In this document: piece after piece, positions 60,061 to 61,787 of the stretch
Layout of the letters: the number at the start of each line of letters is the position of its first letter
Numbering within the stretch: position 1 is the first letter of the stretch
Position numbers and translations under genes: made by a program
Source: a virus
Lineage: Duplodnaviria > Caudoviricetes
Strand: one strand, 5' to 3'
DNA length: 61,787 nt
IMG/VR virus record: IMGVR_UViG_3300025101_000028
Coordinates: 1 to 61,787 of that record
Notes under the pieces: generated by a model
Told to the model about the DNA's origin: nothing
What the model saw: only the letters and a program-made list of their open reading frames with translations
The model's database searches: none

Positions 60061-61787
60061 CTATAATAATTTTTTGATTTGCCAAGAGCCTTTTTGATCT
60101 TTATATAAAATAAATCGAGTGTTGTCGCCTCTTCCCCACTTCCACTTACCATCTTTCTGTTCTGGAGGACCTTTCTGCTCAAACTGGAAAGTTATATTTT
60201 CCATTTTATATTTTGTATATAAATTTTCACTAGTGTTCGTTTTATCAACAGCGTTGTTTTTACTTATAATTTGTATCAAAGGAACTGTTTGAGGACTTGC
60301 GTCGTGAGAGGCTATATTCCTCTCTCCAACGTTTAATGTCATTATAGTGCCTGGTGTCATTCTGTTATTCAGCCATTTTAAATAATATCCACTACTTTCT
60401 TCTGTGTCTAAATCTATGACTGTTCCAGCTGGTTCTTTTGTTGTAACTACTTTAGTTGTTTGAGTGGCCCCAGATGTTGTATCGGCAGTTCTTGCCTTAT
60501 CCAGCCTTGCTTGAATCTGAGCTTTAGTTAAATTTTGATATATTATTTGGTCATCTAAAGAAGCAAACTCTTTACAAAGCTCGGTTGTATCAGGATTGTC
60601 GATCTTATTACTTCCTTTTCCTCTTCTTGTTATCCCATCATCTAAAGCTGAGCTTACCCATTGGCAATTTAAAGTTGTGGTACCATCATGATCTTTTCCA
60701 TCAAACTTATGATTAGCTGTTATTATAACATAAAGACCGGACATTCCAAGTTTATATCCATTTGATTCTTTATTGTACCAGCGACTGTCATCACCAGTAT
60801 AAGGCTCAACAACTATATATTGTCCCGGAACAAACCATGGTGCCATAGTTTGAAAACTGATATCTACATTGTAAACATTACCTATAGCTAAAAAAGCATC
60901 ATTATTAGACATAAACATTCTTTGTTCCCTCAAATATTTACCTTCTACTTTTTTCCATTTCATAGATTTTACAATTGATTTTTTTGTATCATTGTTTTGT
61001 CCTGCCTTTGTTCTAATTACAGGTATCGTACCATCAAGTTTTACAGTCCCGTTTGGTCCCTCATAAACATCAGATATTTCATCTTTTATGTTTTTGCTAG
61101 TAAAGGTTTGAGTAAAAGCTTGAATAACAACAAAATCAGTTAAAGATTCTTCTGATATATTTAGATTATTGCCGTGTTGTCCGTAAGAAAAAAGAGGAGT
61201 AGCACTAGCCAATTCAGTGTCTTTTATACCATTTTTGTATGGAACTTTGCTTACTTGTTTACTGATAAACTTGTTTCTAATTTCATTATTGCTGCTACCA
61301 TAAATAGCAGTGCGGGTTTTGACAATTCCTGTATTTTTTGTATTTTGACCTTTAAAATAAGATACTCTAAAATGAATCCTGTTTTCCAACTCATCAGAAA
61401 AACAAACTTCTGATATCAGCTGTGTAAACGCTTTTTCAACAATATCTCTAAGAAAAACTCCTATAGGTACATAACTCATTTCTTTGGAATAATATTGGTC
61501 ATTCATAAATTTTGAAAAGTAAGATACTGCAATAGGAATATCTCCAATATTTATTTGTTTCGGAGGTGTGTTGCTTGGAGAGCCTGATTGTTTAAAATTA
61601 AAATCAAAAGTTAAAAATTGAGGTTCAAATCCGGGAAAAAACTCAGTATCAAAATCTGTCTCTATTGTACTGTGAACAGATTTTTGGCTTTTGCTAAAAG
61701 GGTCTTTATAGAACATTTCGGACAAAACCATTATTAAGTCTGAGAGTGTGAAAAAAGTAATTGTTCTTGTTGCTTCGTCCAGATCTT
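60061..61787 (-). CDS. putative baseplate hub/tail protein, 5' end outside window
   Basis: frame open to the window edge; YNVDI..PWFVPGQYI..GLYVII..H.F..TTLNC hub-like pattern. Confidence 0.55.
   Translation of the reverse strand, partial: DLDEATRTITFFTLSDLIMVLSEMFYKDPFSKSQKSVHSTIETDFDTEFFPGFEPQFLTFDFNFKQSGSPSNTPPKQINIGDIPIAVSYFSKFMNDQYYSKEMSYVPIGVFLRDIVEKAFTQLISEVCFSDELENRIHFRVSYFKGQNTKNTGIVKTRTAIYGSSNNEIRNKFISKQVSKVPYKNGIKDTELASATPLFSYGQHGNNLNISEESLTDFVVIQAFTQTFTSKNIKDEISDVYEGPNGTVKLDGTIPVIRTKAGQNNDTKKSIVKSMKWKKVEGKYLREQRMFMSNNDAFLAIGNVYNVDISFQTMAPWFVPGQYIVVEPYTGDDSRWYNKESNGYKLGMSGLYVIITANHKFDGKDHDGTTTLNCQWVSSALDDGITRRGKGSNKIDNPDTTELCKEFASLDDQIIYQNLTKAQIQARLDKARTADTTSGATQTTKVVTTKEPAGTVIDLDTEESSGYYLKWLNNRMTPGTIMTLNVGERNIASHDASPQTVPLIQIISKNNAVDKTNTSENLYTKYKMENITFQFEQKGPPEQKDGKWKWGRGDNTRFILYKDQKGSWQIKKLL

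Noticed and set aside
1009-61413. Plus-strand ORFs and most alternative-frame minus ORFs in the track (e.g. 20104-20613, 22150-22602, 25376-25813, 54146-54532)
   Set aside because: Shadows of well-supported minus-strand genes, with no RBS or recognisable motifs
1-61787. Stop-codon reassignment
   Set aside because: Long genes are intact in the standard code, and TAG, TGA and TAA all end genes at sensible junctions

Overview
Fragment of a large lytic tailed dsDNA phage genome (jumbo-type), with essentially every real gene on the minus strand and the standard genetic code. Bases 1-15,350 are an early, host-takeover-type region. It holds at least 18 near-identical sigma70-type promoter units, each paired with a 17-bp palindrome (CGGWCA-N5-TGWCCG), which drive about 30 small, highly diverged SH3/KOW-like paralogs, a MoxR AAA ATPase, a metallopeptidase-VWA protein and many orphans. 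Bases 15,350-61,787 hold chaperones and proteases (GroEL, GroES, J-domain, ClpP, trypsin-like), an endolysin, nucleotide metabolism (dUTPase, ThyX, class II RNR, adenosine deaminase), replication and repair (DnaE, minimal PolA, 5'-3' exonuclease, DnaB-like helicase, RecA, gp32-like SSB, UvsE), a Dam/nuclease cassette and a divergent tubulin. A family of probable head-packaged proteins shares an MK(L/I)TxQxLxxxIxE-type leader, often behind a CTAHTTA late-promoter-like motif; one resembles T3 SAM lyase and one carries a cryptic twin-arginine signal. No tRNA, rRNA or CRISPR array was seen. All calls come from motif recognition by eye; no database searches were run.
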